Positions 49,600 through 62,816 of a DNA stretch of 64,000 nt are shown here, piece by piece. Within the stretch, counting starts at the first letter, position 1, and each line of letters opens with the position of its first letter. The stretch covers positions 47,864,001-47,928,000 of the forward strand of contig OX597824.1 of the NCBI GenBank assembly GCA_951406725.2, in the 5' to 3' direction. The notes beneath the pieces were generated by a model. That model was not told the DNA's origin, ran no database searches, and saw nothing but the letters and a program-made list of their open reading frames with translations. The translations under genes were made by a program, and so were the position numbers. The stretch comes from Octopus vulgaris. Its lineage: Eukaryota.

Positions 49600-51420
49600 A
49601 AGAAAGGAGCAGAGTGGCTGTGTTCAGGATGAGAGATGCAACTGAAAGAGCCTCTAGTTGGCTTCATCCTAGACATACTAAAAAAGAAATTTCCTTCAAC
49701 TAGCTTTATCAATATCAAGAGAGGCTAACGGCCATATGCTAGATAGGCTCAGAAAAGACCTCACAGGCACCATGAACTCCCTTAGACTGAAGGTCACTAT
49801 AGAGACCAACCTGAAAACAGTAGATTTCCTTGACATGACCCTGGACCTGGAATCAGGTGCCTAAAGGCCCTTTAGGAAAGCAAATGAGAAGTTGTCTTAC
49901 ATTAATACAGATTCCTGCAATACAGCCATAGTGTTCAAGATCCTGGTTAAGGACGTCAGCAGGAGAATCTCCAGCTTGTCTTCAAGCAAAGAAATCTTTG
50001 ATGCTGCTGCCCCATACTACAACCAGCCACTGGCTACTAGCGGTTTCAAGGATAGTATTAGTTACAGACCCTAGTCTCACCAAGAGAAAGTACTGTGGTT
50101 CACACTGCTATTCTCTTTAAACGCTAGGACCAGAGTAGGTATGATCTTCCTTAATTTATTTGATAGATACTTCTCTTGTACCAATAGATTCAATAAAATA
50201 TTTAATAGACATACCCTGAGATTATCCTTTACCTGTCACCTAGTGTAAAAAAGATTTTAGTAGGTAAGCCCATACCTGAGACTGAGGCAGAATGCTCATG
50301 CAGAGGTAACATAACTTGTCCACTAAGTGGCCACTGCAATACAGAAACAGTTGATCATGAGGCAGAAATAACAGCAACAGGACCCAATAGACAACTGAAT
50401 GTGTGGAAATATGTAGGGGCAATGGAAGGCACCTTCAGAATCTGCAATAATAACCACAAGTCCTCATTCAACATCCCAGAGAGATGTAAACCACAATCCT
50501 TAGTCAAGCACGTCTGGGCTTTGAAAGAAAGTGCCATAAAGTACAAAATAAAGTGGAAGATCCTAGAAAGATCCTTCAGTAGCAGCAGATTATGCCTGGT
50601 TGAGAAGAGAGCAATTTTAAAAGGTACCCAATGCTTGGATGTTTACCTAAAATGCAGGAGTGAGGTGTTTAATCCTTACCCGCAAGAATGCACCGCAAGA
50701 ATGCACCGCAAGAATGCACCGCAAGAATGGAGATACATTCTATTGTACCTGCACACCCCACCATGACTGCAACCACAGGTCCCCTGCCTTGACCTTCCAC
50801 CAATGCCCTTGAGCCCAGTAAAAAGAGTTTGACCAAGGCACACACCAATGTACCCATGTACATACATGCACACCCATATAAGGCAGACGACACCCTACAA
50901 ATAACTATACCCCACTCCCCCCAACACATACCTCCTCATGCAAATTATAATCCCACACATAAACAGATCAGACACACATATACCACATGCTAATATCCCC
51001 CCCTCCCACGACTTTATTGTTTACAGAAAGAAAACAGACTAACCCCCCCCCCCCCGGAAAAAATTATACATATGACACTGCTACACATACCACACGCCCC
51101 TTCCCCACAGGGACACCACATTAATAATATGCACTTCTCCCCACTTCAAGATAACTCTTGCCAGCTTCACAGCATACCCAACCAAGGGACATAACTCCTA
51201 GCTCAATCTCCTGCACCCTTTTTCAGTTCACTACTTTTGTCACAACAGCCTCTGACCAGTTGTGCTTATCCACCTCCGACAATAGAAAGCAGTTGCCATA
51301 TTCCCTTCCATATTGGCTATCTCTAATGAGCATAGGGTTATATAATTAATGTTACCTAACACTCCATTGTATTCTTTACGCAAAACTGATCGGTAAGACC
51401 AGCTGTGATGGATACTTAAT
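49600..51420 (+). mobile_element. Degenerate Penelope-like element (RT C-terminus, GIY-YIG endonuclease, 3' region)
   Basis: TNLKTVDFLDMTLDL, RRISSLSSSKEIF..AAPYYN..L..SGF, YVG....F....NNHKSSF, IKWKILE, RLCLVEK. Confidence 0.85.
51320..51398 (+). ncRNA. Decayed minimal type I hammerhead ribozyme at the PLE 3' end
   Basis: ucu-CUAAUGAG-cauaggg...cuuuacgc-AAAAC-UGAUCG-GUA-aga; G5 and G12 mutated. Confidence 0.5.
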
Positions 51421-51508
51421 ACTATAAAATTCGGATTGTGTGTGTATATATGTATGTGTGTGTGTGTGTGTATTTGTATATATATATGTGTGTGTGTGTG
51501 TGTGTATA

Positions 51509-51797
51509 CAGTGGTGGACTGAGTCTAAAAATATTGGTTGCCAGGAGACTAAGGGGGCCCACCTGCGACTACAATGCTATCATTTAATTTATTTTTGTTA
51601 AAAGTATTTGTTCCAACTGTCTACAAACACAGCCAGGCTGAAATAATTAATGCATTCTTTCAGGAGTGAATAAAAAATTCTCAAACTTGAGGGGATGGAC
51701 CCCTTAGATACTAACACGGGTCCCCATTGATGTATTCTAATGGCACAGGGGCCCACTTGCCATCAGGCAAGCTGGCAACCTGGCCAGTCCATCACTG
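51509..51797. mobile_element. hAT-type MITE
   Basis: cagtggtggactg...cagtccatcactg ends; internal ggggccc. Confidence 0.7.
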
Positions 51798-52371
51798 TGT
51801 GTGTGTGTATATATATGTCTGTACATATGTGTATATATATATATACAATGAAGTGAGTTCATGGCTCGCAGGACGGCCGCTGTGCTAACCTTGGATCGTA
51901 GAGTGACCCGCTGTTCTTGAGGAGATCTACTGAGTCAAGTACGTCAACATCAAGATAAAAATCAAATGGAAATTGTAGTTAAGACACCCATGCCGGTAAC
52001 ACGTAAAAAGCACCATCCGAACATGGCAGATGCCAGCGCCGCCTGACTGGCGTCCATGTCAGTGACACGTAAAAGCACCAACCGATCGTGGCCGTTTGCC
52101 AGCCTTCTCTGGCCCCTGTGCCGGTGGCACATAAAAAACACCCATTACACTCACGGAGTGGTTGGCGTTAGGAAGGGCATCCAGCTGTAGAAACACTGCC
52201 AAATCAGACCAGAGCCTGGTGCAGCTTCCATGTCTTACCAGACCCCGGTCGAACCACCCTACCCATGCTAGCATGGAAAATGGATGTTAAATGATGATGA
52301 TGTGTGTGTGTATGTATATATATTTGTGTATATATAAGTATATACACATATACGTATATATGTGTATACAA

Positions 52372-52413
<42 letters not shown>

Positions 52414-52473
52414 AGAGAGAGAGAGAGAGAGAGAGAGGCAATTAAGCAGATAAACAAATTAAATATATTCCAC

Positions 52474-52703
52474 CTTTAAAGTTCTCTACATCAAGATTTG
52501 AAATGTAAGATCTTTTCTAGCCTGATGACAGAAGCTCAACTTATCCAATGTTGATTGCTTCCATTACGGCTTGCATATTGAGATGAATTACACCTACCAA
52601 CATTATGATGGTTCATCAAGCCCCCAGAAACAGCTATTGGACTTATAACACTTTACTTCCTCCCCTTTAATTTTGTCTGTTCCTTATACTGTGTAAGTTG
52701 GAT
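52474..52703 (-). pseudogene. Possible decayed upstream exon of the coiled-coil gene
   Basis: tgtgtag|IQLTQYKEQTKLKG followed by stops; donor-like AAG|gtggaa. Confidence 0.3.
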
Positions 52704-52735
52704 CTACACAGGATCTCGTATTAATATAAATATCT

Positions 52736-55700
52736 GGTAACCAGTAATTTGACTCTTGGTAATTTCACTCCCAATATTCTCCAGTAATTTGACTGCCAGT
52801 CAATTTAACTCCTGGTAATTTCACTTCTGATAAAATGTTGGATAAAGATAAAATATAAAATACAGTAAAAAATAAATATATTACTAAAAGCTTCAATAAT
52901 GATGAAGGTTATGAGCTATTGCTTATAAAAAATCCATCTTATTTTCGGGACTATATTGTTCAATAATTATCTGCAGCCATTTGTTTATTTCTTTATACTT
53001 TTTTTGGTCTCACAAATCTCACTTTGATCAAATTCAACCTTTTGTAGCTGCGCCAAATGTTCTTCCTTTCTCAATGCAGTAATTAAAAAAATGTGTAAGT
53101 TAAAGAACTTTGTAGGGCATTATGATACCTCTAAATGGTTATTAGTGCAAGGCATATCTGATTCTGTTCGAAAGCAGACATTCCAACTATCAATAGGAAG
53201 CAAAGAAGTTCTTCATTGTCTAATTCCTCTACCTTGCATGCATCCTATACATGATAATTCAAAGTAGGACACAAGTTCTTGAGGAAGATTGTCATCTTCT
53301 ACAAGATCTTCAAATCTGTCAATCACATCATCGAGAGGAAGAAAAGCCCGTGCTGAAAAACATCTGATTTTAATGCTAAGATCATTAATATGATGGTATC
53401 TTTCCTTAAAGCCAAATTCACATACTTTCTTTGTATATGTTCTGAGATAGATGAAAAAGACAACATGAGATAGCAGCACTAGGAAACAGATAAAATTCTA
53501 TTAATGTGAGCTTTTTCAAAATACATCATGATGTTTTCAGGGCTCAGTCCTTAATGTAATTCAATTAGCTTATTAAAAAGGCAGGTGTAAGTTTCTTGAT
53601 TTTTGTTTGGAAGTAATGCAAACAATTGCAGAACACTGAATGAACCCACTTGTACAACACATGAAATACAGTTGGGGAGCACTTAAAAGTTCCATCACCT
53701 ACCCAGTGTTTTACATTCACTAAGTCATGCCCTTTATAAGTTGCAAACACAAGTAATCTGTCTACATCGGTTTCACCACTATCAAACTGCAAGAAAAGTT
53801 TGCCACTATCAAGGAACTTGTATTCATCAGGTATCTCATAACCAAATTGACTTTGAGGAATTGGAGGGGCACTTACTTTTGCTTGATGCCATTTCTTTAT
53901 ATTGTGACTTACACTCAAAGAGGAGGGCATATGAGCCATTTCATTTTCATCAAGCTTTTCATAAGCAGTCACATTTAATGAACAAGAAGATTCCTGGGAA
54001 GCAGCTACTGTGCCTTTAGGTCTGCTAAAGTTTCATAAACTTTGGGTTTTGAAGCACATGAACTATGTTGATGTTCACCAATGTGCTTAATTATGGTATA
54101 ACCTTCATCATGTGTCATGGTGTGGACTTGAGCTTTACAGGGCTTAATTTTGCATTTCCAGTAAGTCTTAGATCCATTGGCATTTCGTTTTTGTACTTCA
54201 TATATGTAATTCATGTCATCCACAAGTTTATTCCTTCTGCAGATATTGTTCAAAATATGAGGCATGGTATATGTATATTTCCTTTTTAAGTAACTTTTAT
54301 ATCCTTGTAAGCTGGATAAATAATTTAACAAAGTATTTAAATGAATGCATGAGGCTTACTGTTACATGAGGTTACATAACTCACAGTGAGCTGCTTACCT
54401 ATCAACTCCTAATAACTCATCAGTTCTTTATTTATAGTAAATTTGACAGTCCACTTTTAATCATATGGGGGTGGTCAGAATCCTTCCACAACAGTAACGA
54501 ATGAGGCAGGGATGGATCATGGGTAAACCTGTAACTTATTTAAATAAAACACTTGAATGGATGAAAGAAAAAGTACTTTCAGTTAACTAAATTACTCTGT
54601 AAATAAACAACCAAATAGGTGACTGAAATGATGCTTTCAGTTAACTGAATTATCCTGTAAATCAGGGGTTCCCAACCTTTTTTCATTGTGGACCACCAAA
54701 ATAAGTAATTTTTTCCTGTGGACCACCTCAAATTTTAAATTTATTATAAAAGAACTACTCATAAATATTAGTATCATTTTCACTTTGCAAGGAAAGTTCC
54801 TTTTTCGTTCTTGTAAGGGACATCACAGAGAACAAATAACTGAGAACACCAAAACAAAGCCAATTTGCAAATGCACATGATTCTCAAGAAAGCTTTATTT
54901 GATAGAATCGAATAGAAAAGGTTACTAAGTCGTGGAAAACACCCGCTTTTATTCAGAAAAAAAGCTGTATAGTTAAAATATAACAATGTGAAGGGTAAAT
55001 TTAAAAAATGTGAGGAGTGAAGTTGGGATCAGTACAAAAGATTGTGTAAATGTTTGAGGGGAATATAACAAATTGAATTAACTTAAAAATGTCAGCGACA
55101 AGTTATTGGGAAAAATGTCAACAAACCTTCAGCGAGACCTTTGGGCTTGCTTTTTATCCAAAAGCTGTGAAATCATTGGCTCTTTTTTGCTCAAGTGAAT
55201 TCTTAAATCAGTATTGTTATCAAGGTTCAAAAGCCTCTGCTACTTCGTGACTGAGTGGAGGACAAGGGAAAATCCCTTTTCAGCCAAGTAAGATGTCAGG
55301 AGATTTATAATAAAAGGTTCAACTTGTTCAAACAGCTTTGGATATTCATGAGAATGATTCAACCAAGCCTCAACCCAGTTGTTTTCAGATGATTTGTGCA
55401 GATTATCATCTACCATCGCCTCACATAGCTCCATCTGAACACATTCTGGTTGAACAAGTATATTGTTCATAGACATTGTGTGAAGAGAGTCCACAAAAAT
55501 TGGGATATTTAAAACCAAAAGATCTTCAAAACGAATATTGAAGTTTTCGTGAAGGAAAGATAGATGCCCAATTATATATTTGTGCAAGTCATTATCTACC
55601 ACAACAGTTTTTAAGTTTGTGAACTGCAGAAAGTTATGATCTTCAATTTGAAATTTCCAAAGAATGAGTTTATTCACAAATGCCCTTATCAAGTGTCTGG

Positions 55701-57565
55701 CTCATACAATGTTGATGTTTTGCTTTTGTAAAGAAATATTAAGATTATTAAGTTTTTGAAAGATTTCATGTAAATAAAAAGTTACAGGCTTTTTTTCTGA
55801 GAAAGTGATGCTGTCATAGTTGAATCAGTCTGTTGAAGAAACTCTATGATTTTATCGAAAAGTGCCACAAAACATCCGAGACAACTTCCCATTGATAGAC
55901 AGTGTTTATCTGTTAACTACAACAGATGGTAGAACGTTTCATCTGTACAAGCTTCTTGAAAATATCTGTTTTGATGAGCAGATCTTTTGATTTTTTTTAC
56001 TGCGGAAGTAATTAAGTCTAGGGTTTCAGAAAATATATTATTTTTTGTTCTTTTTACTATCAGGTCTTCTTGATGGAGAATGCAATGAATTGTGAAGACA
56101 GGGTTAAATTCTATCCACCTGGCAACAAAACCTTGGGATTTGCCAATCATAGATGGTATTCCGTCAGTGCATATTGATATGAGGTTGAGGGGATCAATGC
56201 CATTTTTAGTAAGATAATCCATGATTGCATTGTAGATCATCTCTCCCATGTTTTTCAGAATGGTTTTCATAAAGAGTAGGTCTTCACAAACTGTGGTACC
56301 TTTCACAAGTGAGCAAAGGCACAGACAACATATTTGTTGTTAAAAGTGCTGTCATCCACCGTCAGCAAGAATCTGCAGTGTCGCAAGTCTTCTACAACTA
56401 CGGATTTGACATCTTCGGCCATTTCACAAATGCAGGAAAATACAGTGTTGTTTGAAAGTGGAATACTTGCTAAAACTGAGGCAGCATTTGGCACATTAGC
56501 AACTTTATATGCTTTAAGTATGGAGGGCCTAATCAGATCTTCAGCAATGGTATGTGGACGACCCCATTTTGCTATCATGAGCGAAATGTTATAGGACGCC
56601 TGCCAGACCTGAATGGTTGTTAGTATAAACAAGGAAACTTTTGAGCGATGAAGATGAGACATTTTTTTTGCGATGGTATTCTTCAAAGTACTCCTTTAGC
56701 TTGCCAAATAAACCAGGATGGATTTTTTTGTAGATGATACGATTTCAAGGGTTTCATTGAGTCATTAGTTAATACTTTTGAGCAGATAATACACTGTGGC
56801 AAAAAACTTCTTCTATACTGGATACAAAACCATATTTGATATAATCTTCGTGATGTTGTCTACAGAATCTTTTTTCTGAGTCAGTGGACGGAGAATTAAG
56901 GGAATGTTTTTTTCCATATCACTGACAGCAAAATTTCTACAGATTACAATTAGACTAACACTTGCATGAAAATGTACATACCTGGAGAGATAATATGATA
57001 TGTTAGGTAAGCTGTAAGCACTGTGATTTCATTAGTAATCCTTAATTCAAAAGTAAGGTAGAAAACACGATCATGTTGACTGTCTGAGAACACAACTTTT
57101 TGTGTGCAAATGTGGATCCGATTGTATGTGTCTGTACCTCTCTGGTACACGTCCGTGTATGATTGGACAGCTAATCATCCAATAGGCAATAAGTACATTC
57201 ATATGTGCTTACGCATATGCAATGAGGCATATTTTGTTTGTATGACGTGTGTGTACGGAAAAATTTAAATTCTTCAGATGGGCCACAGAAAATTTTCCAC
57301 AGACCATTTGAATTTTCCTGTGGACCACCTGGATTTTCCTGTGGACCACCTAGTGGTCCACATGGACCAGGTTGGAAACCCCTGCTGTAAATCATCATAA
57401 TCAACAACAACAATAATAATAACAATAATAATGAATTTCAATGTTTTATTCATTTTTTTTCTAATATTAGGAGTGAAACTGACTGGCAGTCAAATTACTA
57501 GTGGTCAAATTACTGGAGCCAAAATATCAGGAGTGAAATTACCAGGAGTCCAATTACCTAGAACC
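52736..57565 (-). mobile_element. MULE/Mutator-like DNA transposon with a disrupted FLYWCH-DDE transposase (~52900-54270)
   Basis: TIRs made of ggtaatttcactcc-type subrepeats; 8-bp TSD aaatatct; TYWKC...CKA...HQH and WVGDGTFK motifs. Confidence 0.9.
54663..57384 (-). mobile_element. hAT (Buster/Charlie-type) transposon nested in the MULE; transposase disrupted
   Basis: TIRs caggggttcccaacct / aggttggaaacccctg; TSD ctgtaaat with central TA; PHTIAEDLI, IPLSNNTV, ICTDG.PSM.G, HCILH, TSYLAEKGFS. Confidence 0.92.
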
Positions 57566-57688
57566 AAATATCTATACATTTATACTTAAATATTCATTGT
57601 CTGAAAGTCTTCACTCTTTGCTTTCTCTTGTTTCACATGTATACATATATACATATTTTGTATTTCATACCCAAGCAGTTATATTTAA

Positions 57689-58780
57689 TACTAGCGGTAT
57701 CACCCGGTGTTGTTTGGGTTTGTTTCGACCCTTTAGAATTGGAATTTTTGAAAAGTAAAAATTTTGCATTATGCAACTTGTTATTTATTCTCTTCAAGTG
57801 AACATTTTTCCGGTTGAAATACACCGAAAAATGGTGACACAGCAGTCAAAAATCATAAAAAATAGGTATTTTCATAGAAAAAAAGCACCTTTTTGATGTA
57901 AATAATTTTTGGTGTTAACATGGTCTGATTTGAATTTTATCTTCTACAAAATGAAGAGCAAGCCTTCTTCTATCATACTCTCAATTTTGGTCAACTTGCG
58001 CTGCAGGGTCTCGAAGGAGATAGTGTTAGTTGAAGGCTACCAAACCTGCCACACACAGACAACTTCAGCTTTATATATTTAAATTTGCTACACACTACTT
58101 TCCATCCTTAATAATGAAACTTGGTAGATCCAAAAGTTAAACATACAGATACACACACAGACACACAAGTTGAGTTTTATATATATAGATTTCTCAACGG
58201 GGATTTCAGGGAGTCGCTGGCGATGTATCGTGATGATCAAAAATCCGGCCTGCTAACATTTGGTTAAAGTGATTCAAACTGCAGACTCAATGCAAAATGG
58301 TCACATTTAATTCAAAGCATTAAAAATGTTATGAAAAGAATTGGTATGTATTCACAAAGTCCAAACGATTAATACGAAAAAACCCTCCAGGCTACATCTC
58401 GAAAATTCATTTCCTTGCCGAATTTCTACAATGTTTACGGCGATTCGTTTTTATATCTTGATTTTTTATTTTTCGTGCAATTTACGCATGCTTGCACGTG
58501 AGGTGAACGCAGTTCACGTCAAACAGCTGACTGAGTAAAGTTCACTATTCAATGTATGGGATAAGGCCTAAACAAACACATTATCGATTTTTGCACTTGT
58601 GAGATGAATTTCGGAACAGAAATAGCGCAGTTCAATTTTCATTCGCCTAAACTTTAAGTGACCCATTTTTGGTGGTTCTACGATTTTTTGGCTAGGAGGA
58701 GATGCGACGGGAAGTTAAACACACAGACACACACATAGATACACACACAGACACACAAGTTGAGTTTTATATATATAGAT
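57689..58780 (-). mobile_element. Non-autonomous Helitron-like element(s)
   Basis: Minus-strand 3' end has an imperfect hairpin then ctagt at ~57690; two A|TCTATATATATAAAACTCAACTTG 5'-type ends at ~58190 and ~58780. Confidence 0.55.
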
Positions 58781-58955
58781 ATTTCATTTATTTATCTGCA
58801 TATTTGCCTCCATATTTGCTCAACTTGATCCCTCTTATAGCCATTTACCCTGTGGAATTGATCTCCTGCAAAGGCATCAGAGTCTAGAGCGCTACTGCCT
58901 TCTATACTGAGAATCTCTGGATCTCATCAGCTGACTATATATATATATATATATA

Positions 58956-60200
58956 TTGGGTCATCCTATAAATAACGCAATTTTTTCCATATCATGAACT
59001 AAAAGTCAGAGTGGGATGGGATAAATTACCTGCATCAGTTTGCTATAAAAGCAGGTAGTAATTTTACCTTATTCTTAGTATAAGTTTTGAAGAGTGTAGT
59101 TCTATTTTAACAGTTATTTTCTCAAAGCTATAATGGAAGAGACAAAGGAGTATATTCAGCATATTTTGCTTTATGGGTTCAATAAAGGCAACGATGCAAT
59201 GGAATGTGCAAAGGATATTAATGCAGGATATGGGGATTGGACAATAAGCGTAAGCAGGTGTCAATGAGGGTTCCAGAAATTCTGAGCTGGAGACTACAGC
59301 CTAGAAGACAAGCCTCATCCTGAGACATCTGTAGAGCTTGATGACAACATCCTGCAAACTCTGGTGGAACAAATTCACAACATAACAGTTAGGAACTAGC
59401 AGAGAAGTTTGGATTTGGGCATTCAACCATTCATCGATACCTGCGTGCCATCTGAAAAGTTAGCAAATAGGGTCAATGGGTTCCTGTCTAATTGCATGCA
59501 CAGATTGAACATGTGCTCTTTTTTGCTGAACCTTTTTTGGACTGAATAGTTACTGGTGATGAGAAATGCTTTCTCTATAAAAATGTCAAGTGCCATAAAC
59601 AGTAGGTAGGGAAAGGAGAAAGACCAGCACCCCAGGCTAAAAAAGATCTTCACCCACATAAGGTGTTGTTATCTGTTTGGTGGGATATGAAAGGTTTAGT
59701 CCACTTTGAACTTTTAAACCCAAACCAAACAATAACAAAGGAGATCTACTGTGAGCAGCTTGAGCAACTTAAGTGAGCGCTAGAAGAAAAACGACCATCT
59801 TTCAAGACAAAAGGTGTTCTTCCATCAAGATAATGCTTGGCCACATGTAGCTAGGATGACATTCTAAAGGCTGGAGTAGTTTGAATGGAAAACGATGCCC
59901 CACCCACCATATTTGTCAGACGTTACTCCATCTGATTATCATTTATTCTGCAGTCTTCAAAATCATTTGGACAGACAAAATATGAATTCTGTAGATGAGG
60001 TCAGAACAGTACTGGAGAAATATTTTTCACTACGGACAAGTGAATTTTGAAAGAGGGACCTTGCAAATCTACCAGATAGATGGAAAAGCATTGCAGAAAA
60101 TGAAGGAGAGTATATTTTAGATTAAAAAAGAACTTTGTTTATCATAAATTTGAAAAATAAAAGAAGTATAAAAAAAAACATTATTTATGGGATGACTCAA
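58956..60200 (+). mobile_element. Full-length degenerate mariner transposon
   Basis: TIRs ttgggtcatcctataaataa / ttatttatgggatgactcaa within TA runs; VTGDEK, HQDNA, PSDYHLF. Confidence 0.9.
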
Positions 60201-60254
60201 TATATATATATGCATACACACAAATATATAAACACACACACACACACATATACA

Positions 60255-61116
60255 CAGGGTGTGATGGGTAAATTGGCACCATTTTATGTTTTTAATTTCA
60301 TGCATGCACATTGTTTTTGATTTTGTGGACTACACAGTATAGAAGTTGGGCACCATCTGTGAGAAAAACAGCACCATGAGGCAATTCACTCTACCAGAAA
60401 TTTGGAAACAACATGCTGTACTGCTTGGTATTTGAGCCAGAAGCTCCAATATAATCATTTCAGAGTGTTTGCACATCAATCTGAGGACATGTACTGAGAG
60501 TGATAAGAATCAAACAACTAGTCGACATCATGGTGTTTGGAGTGATGACTAGTGATGGTGACGTTATGCCTTCATTCATCTTCCCACATGGTCTCATACT
60601 CAACATGGAGGTCTACATCAAGTGCTTGGAAGAGGTAGTGCTGCCTTGAGTCAAAAGGGTGCCTGCTGGAAGATCCTGTGTCTAGCAACAGGACTCTGTA
60701 CCATACCACACAAGGAGGAGAACCCAGTCATAGCTGTCAGACAATTTCTGCGATCACATCACTCCTAACATCTGGCCACCTGACTCCCCAGACTGCAACC
60801 CCCTTGATTATTATGTGTCAGGTGTAGTTGAGCAAGAGACCAACAAAACTCCTTGTAACACGAAAGAGGAACTAAAGGCAAGGATTATGGCAACATTTAC
60901 CAACTTAAACAAGGAGACCGTCCAGAAGAGTTGCAGGAGATTCCAAAATCCTCTGGAGGCCATGGTTGAAGCAAATGACAATTTTATTGAATAAATTTAC
61001 TCTTTAGTATTTCAAGATATTTTTAAGTATTTTGGTAAATATATCTGTTAAAATGAGTTGTCAGTGTTATTTTCATTTTTGCGTAATTTAGACAACAGTT
61101 TATTTACTGCACCCTG
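60255..61116 (+). mobile_element. Internally deleted maT-like (DD37D) Tc1/mariner element
   Basis: Ends cagggtg...caccctg; QQDS...WPPDSPDCNPLDYY with 37 residues between the catalytic aspartates. Confidence 0.8.
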
Positions 61117-62816
61117 TGTGTGTATATATATATTATATAAACATATCTATTATTAATAAAGTAGTACCTATCCACCTGCCTCTTGTGTCATGCTAAGGAA
61201 GAAGTTCAGAGTAAAATAAAGAAACAGTTGGTACTTATAATTATAGTAGAAGTGGCAACATCAGTTTAGAAGGATGAGGAGGAGGAGGGAGAGAAAAGCT
61301 AGTGAAATGCAGCAAGAGAGAAACTAACAGGGTTTGAGTGGGGGAGAGGAAAAAGGGAGATGCAGAAATAGTGGGATCAATGATGAATGGGAGAAAAAAT
61401 AGACAGAGAAATAGAGAAAGCCAGAGAAAAATAATAAGTGATGATGATATTTAAATTGAAATGTCAGTGTATGTACCATCCAATTATCACTTTCTCTCCC
61501 TCAACTTTTTACATACCATCTCCTTCATTTTATTCAGTTCTTCATATAACTTGGTATTCTCATTTATTAACAAAGTATTTTCTGATTTCAATGATTTTAG
61601 TTCATCACTCTGACTTTTCACCCTGGTGATAGAAAACAATCAAATATAGATAGGTGTACAACACAACATTTTACACAGAGCTTTGTGCCTGTATCTTCTT
61701 ATTCATGAGACTCCATATTACCAAGTGGATTTTGACTATTTTCTGAGGTTTTAATTTTAATCTAGAGCTTTAAATTGTCATTCATTAACCACATTTTTTT
61801 CACATTACACACCCATAGTAGTCAGTACCTTTGATGTCCAATCATTTTCTCAACTCCCTTGTGGATTTCATAAATTACCAGTGTACTTGAAATAGATTTT
61901 ACTTAACTAAGCCAAATCCACAACTTTCAATACTCTTATTTCTTTACTACCCAGTATTATACATTTTAGGCACACTAGTATCTGAAATTTTGTGGAAGAG
62001 ACAAGGTGTTAATTTCATTAAATATTTCAGATAATTATAATCCCTGCTCACTTAATATTTTGTGTACCAAATAAATCACTATGGTTTCAATAGTTGAAAG
62101 ACGTGTATTTCAGAGATAGGGGTAGGCATGGCTGTGTGGTTAAGAAAATTGCTTCCCAGCTGTGTGGTCTTGGGTTCAGTTCTACTGTGCAGCATCTTGG
62201 GAAAATGCCTTCTACTATAGCTTTCAGCTGACCAAAGCCTTGTGAGTGGATTTGGAAGAGGAAAACTGAAAGAAGCCTGACTAACACACACACATACATA
62301 CACATGTATGCATTGTGTGTGTTTATGTGTACACTTGTCTTGATGTCACTTGATGATTGTAAACATACATCACTGTCATGCAGGTACTGTTGTTTGTTTC
62401 TAATCTGTGAAAAACATGTCTAACCATGGTGTGTGTGTGTGCGTGCGTGTGTGTAAAAAAAAGAAAAAAAGAGATTAAAAAATTCAGAGCATTCAGCTTT
62501 AAACAAATTTGGTTAACTATATCCAACAACCAGACACCAGTAAATGTAAGTAGAATACACATCCAAGGTAATTCCTCAAGTAGATCCAAATATAATTTTT
62601 GTATCTCTATATATTTATCCAATAGAAATTATATATTTATCCAATTGGTGACTTTATAAGGTGAATTCTACGATAAAGATAGGGTTTTCCTTATATGTAT
62701 TTTTATTTTAACATATTAAAAATTTCGTTTTTGGATTTGATTTGCAAAATTCTTTATGTGAGTTTGTGTGTTGAAGCACTGTAAAGCACTAAAAGAGAAT
62801 GACTCTCTTCAAACAC

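Noticed and set aside
50679-50728. 13-bp tandem repeat accgcaagaatgc
   Set aside because: Local slippage at the end of the dead PLE ORF; no sign of function
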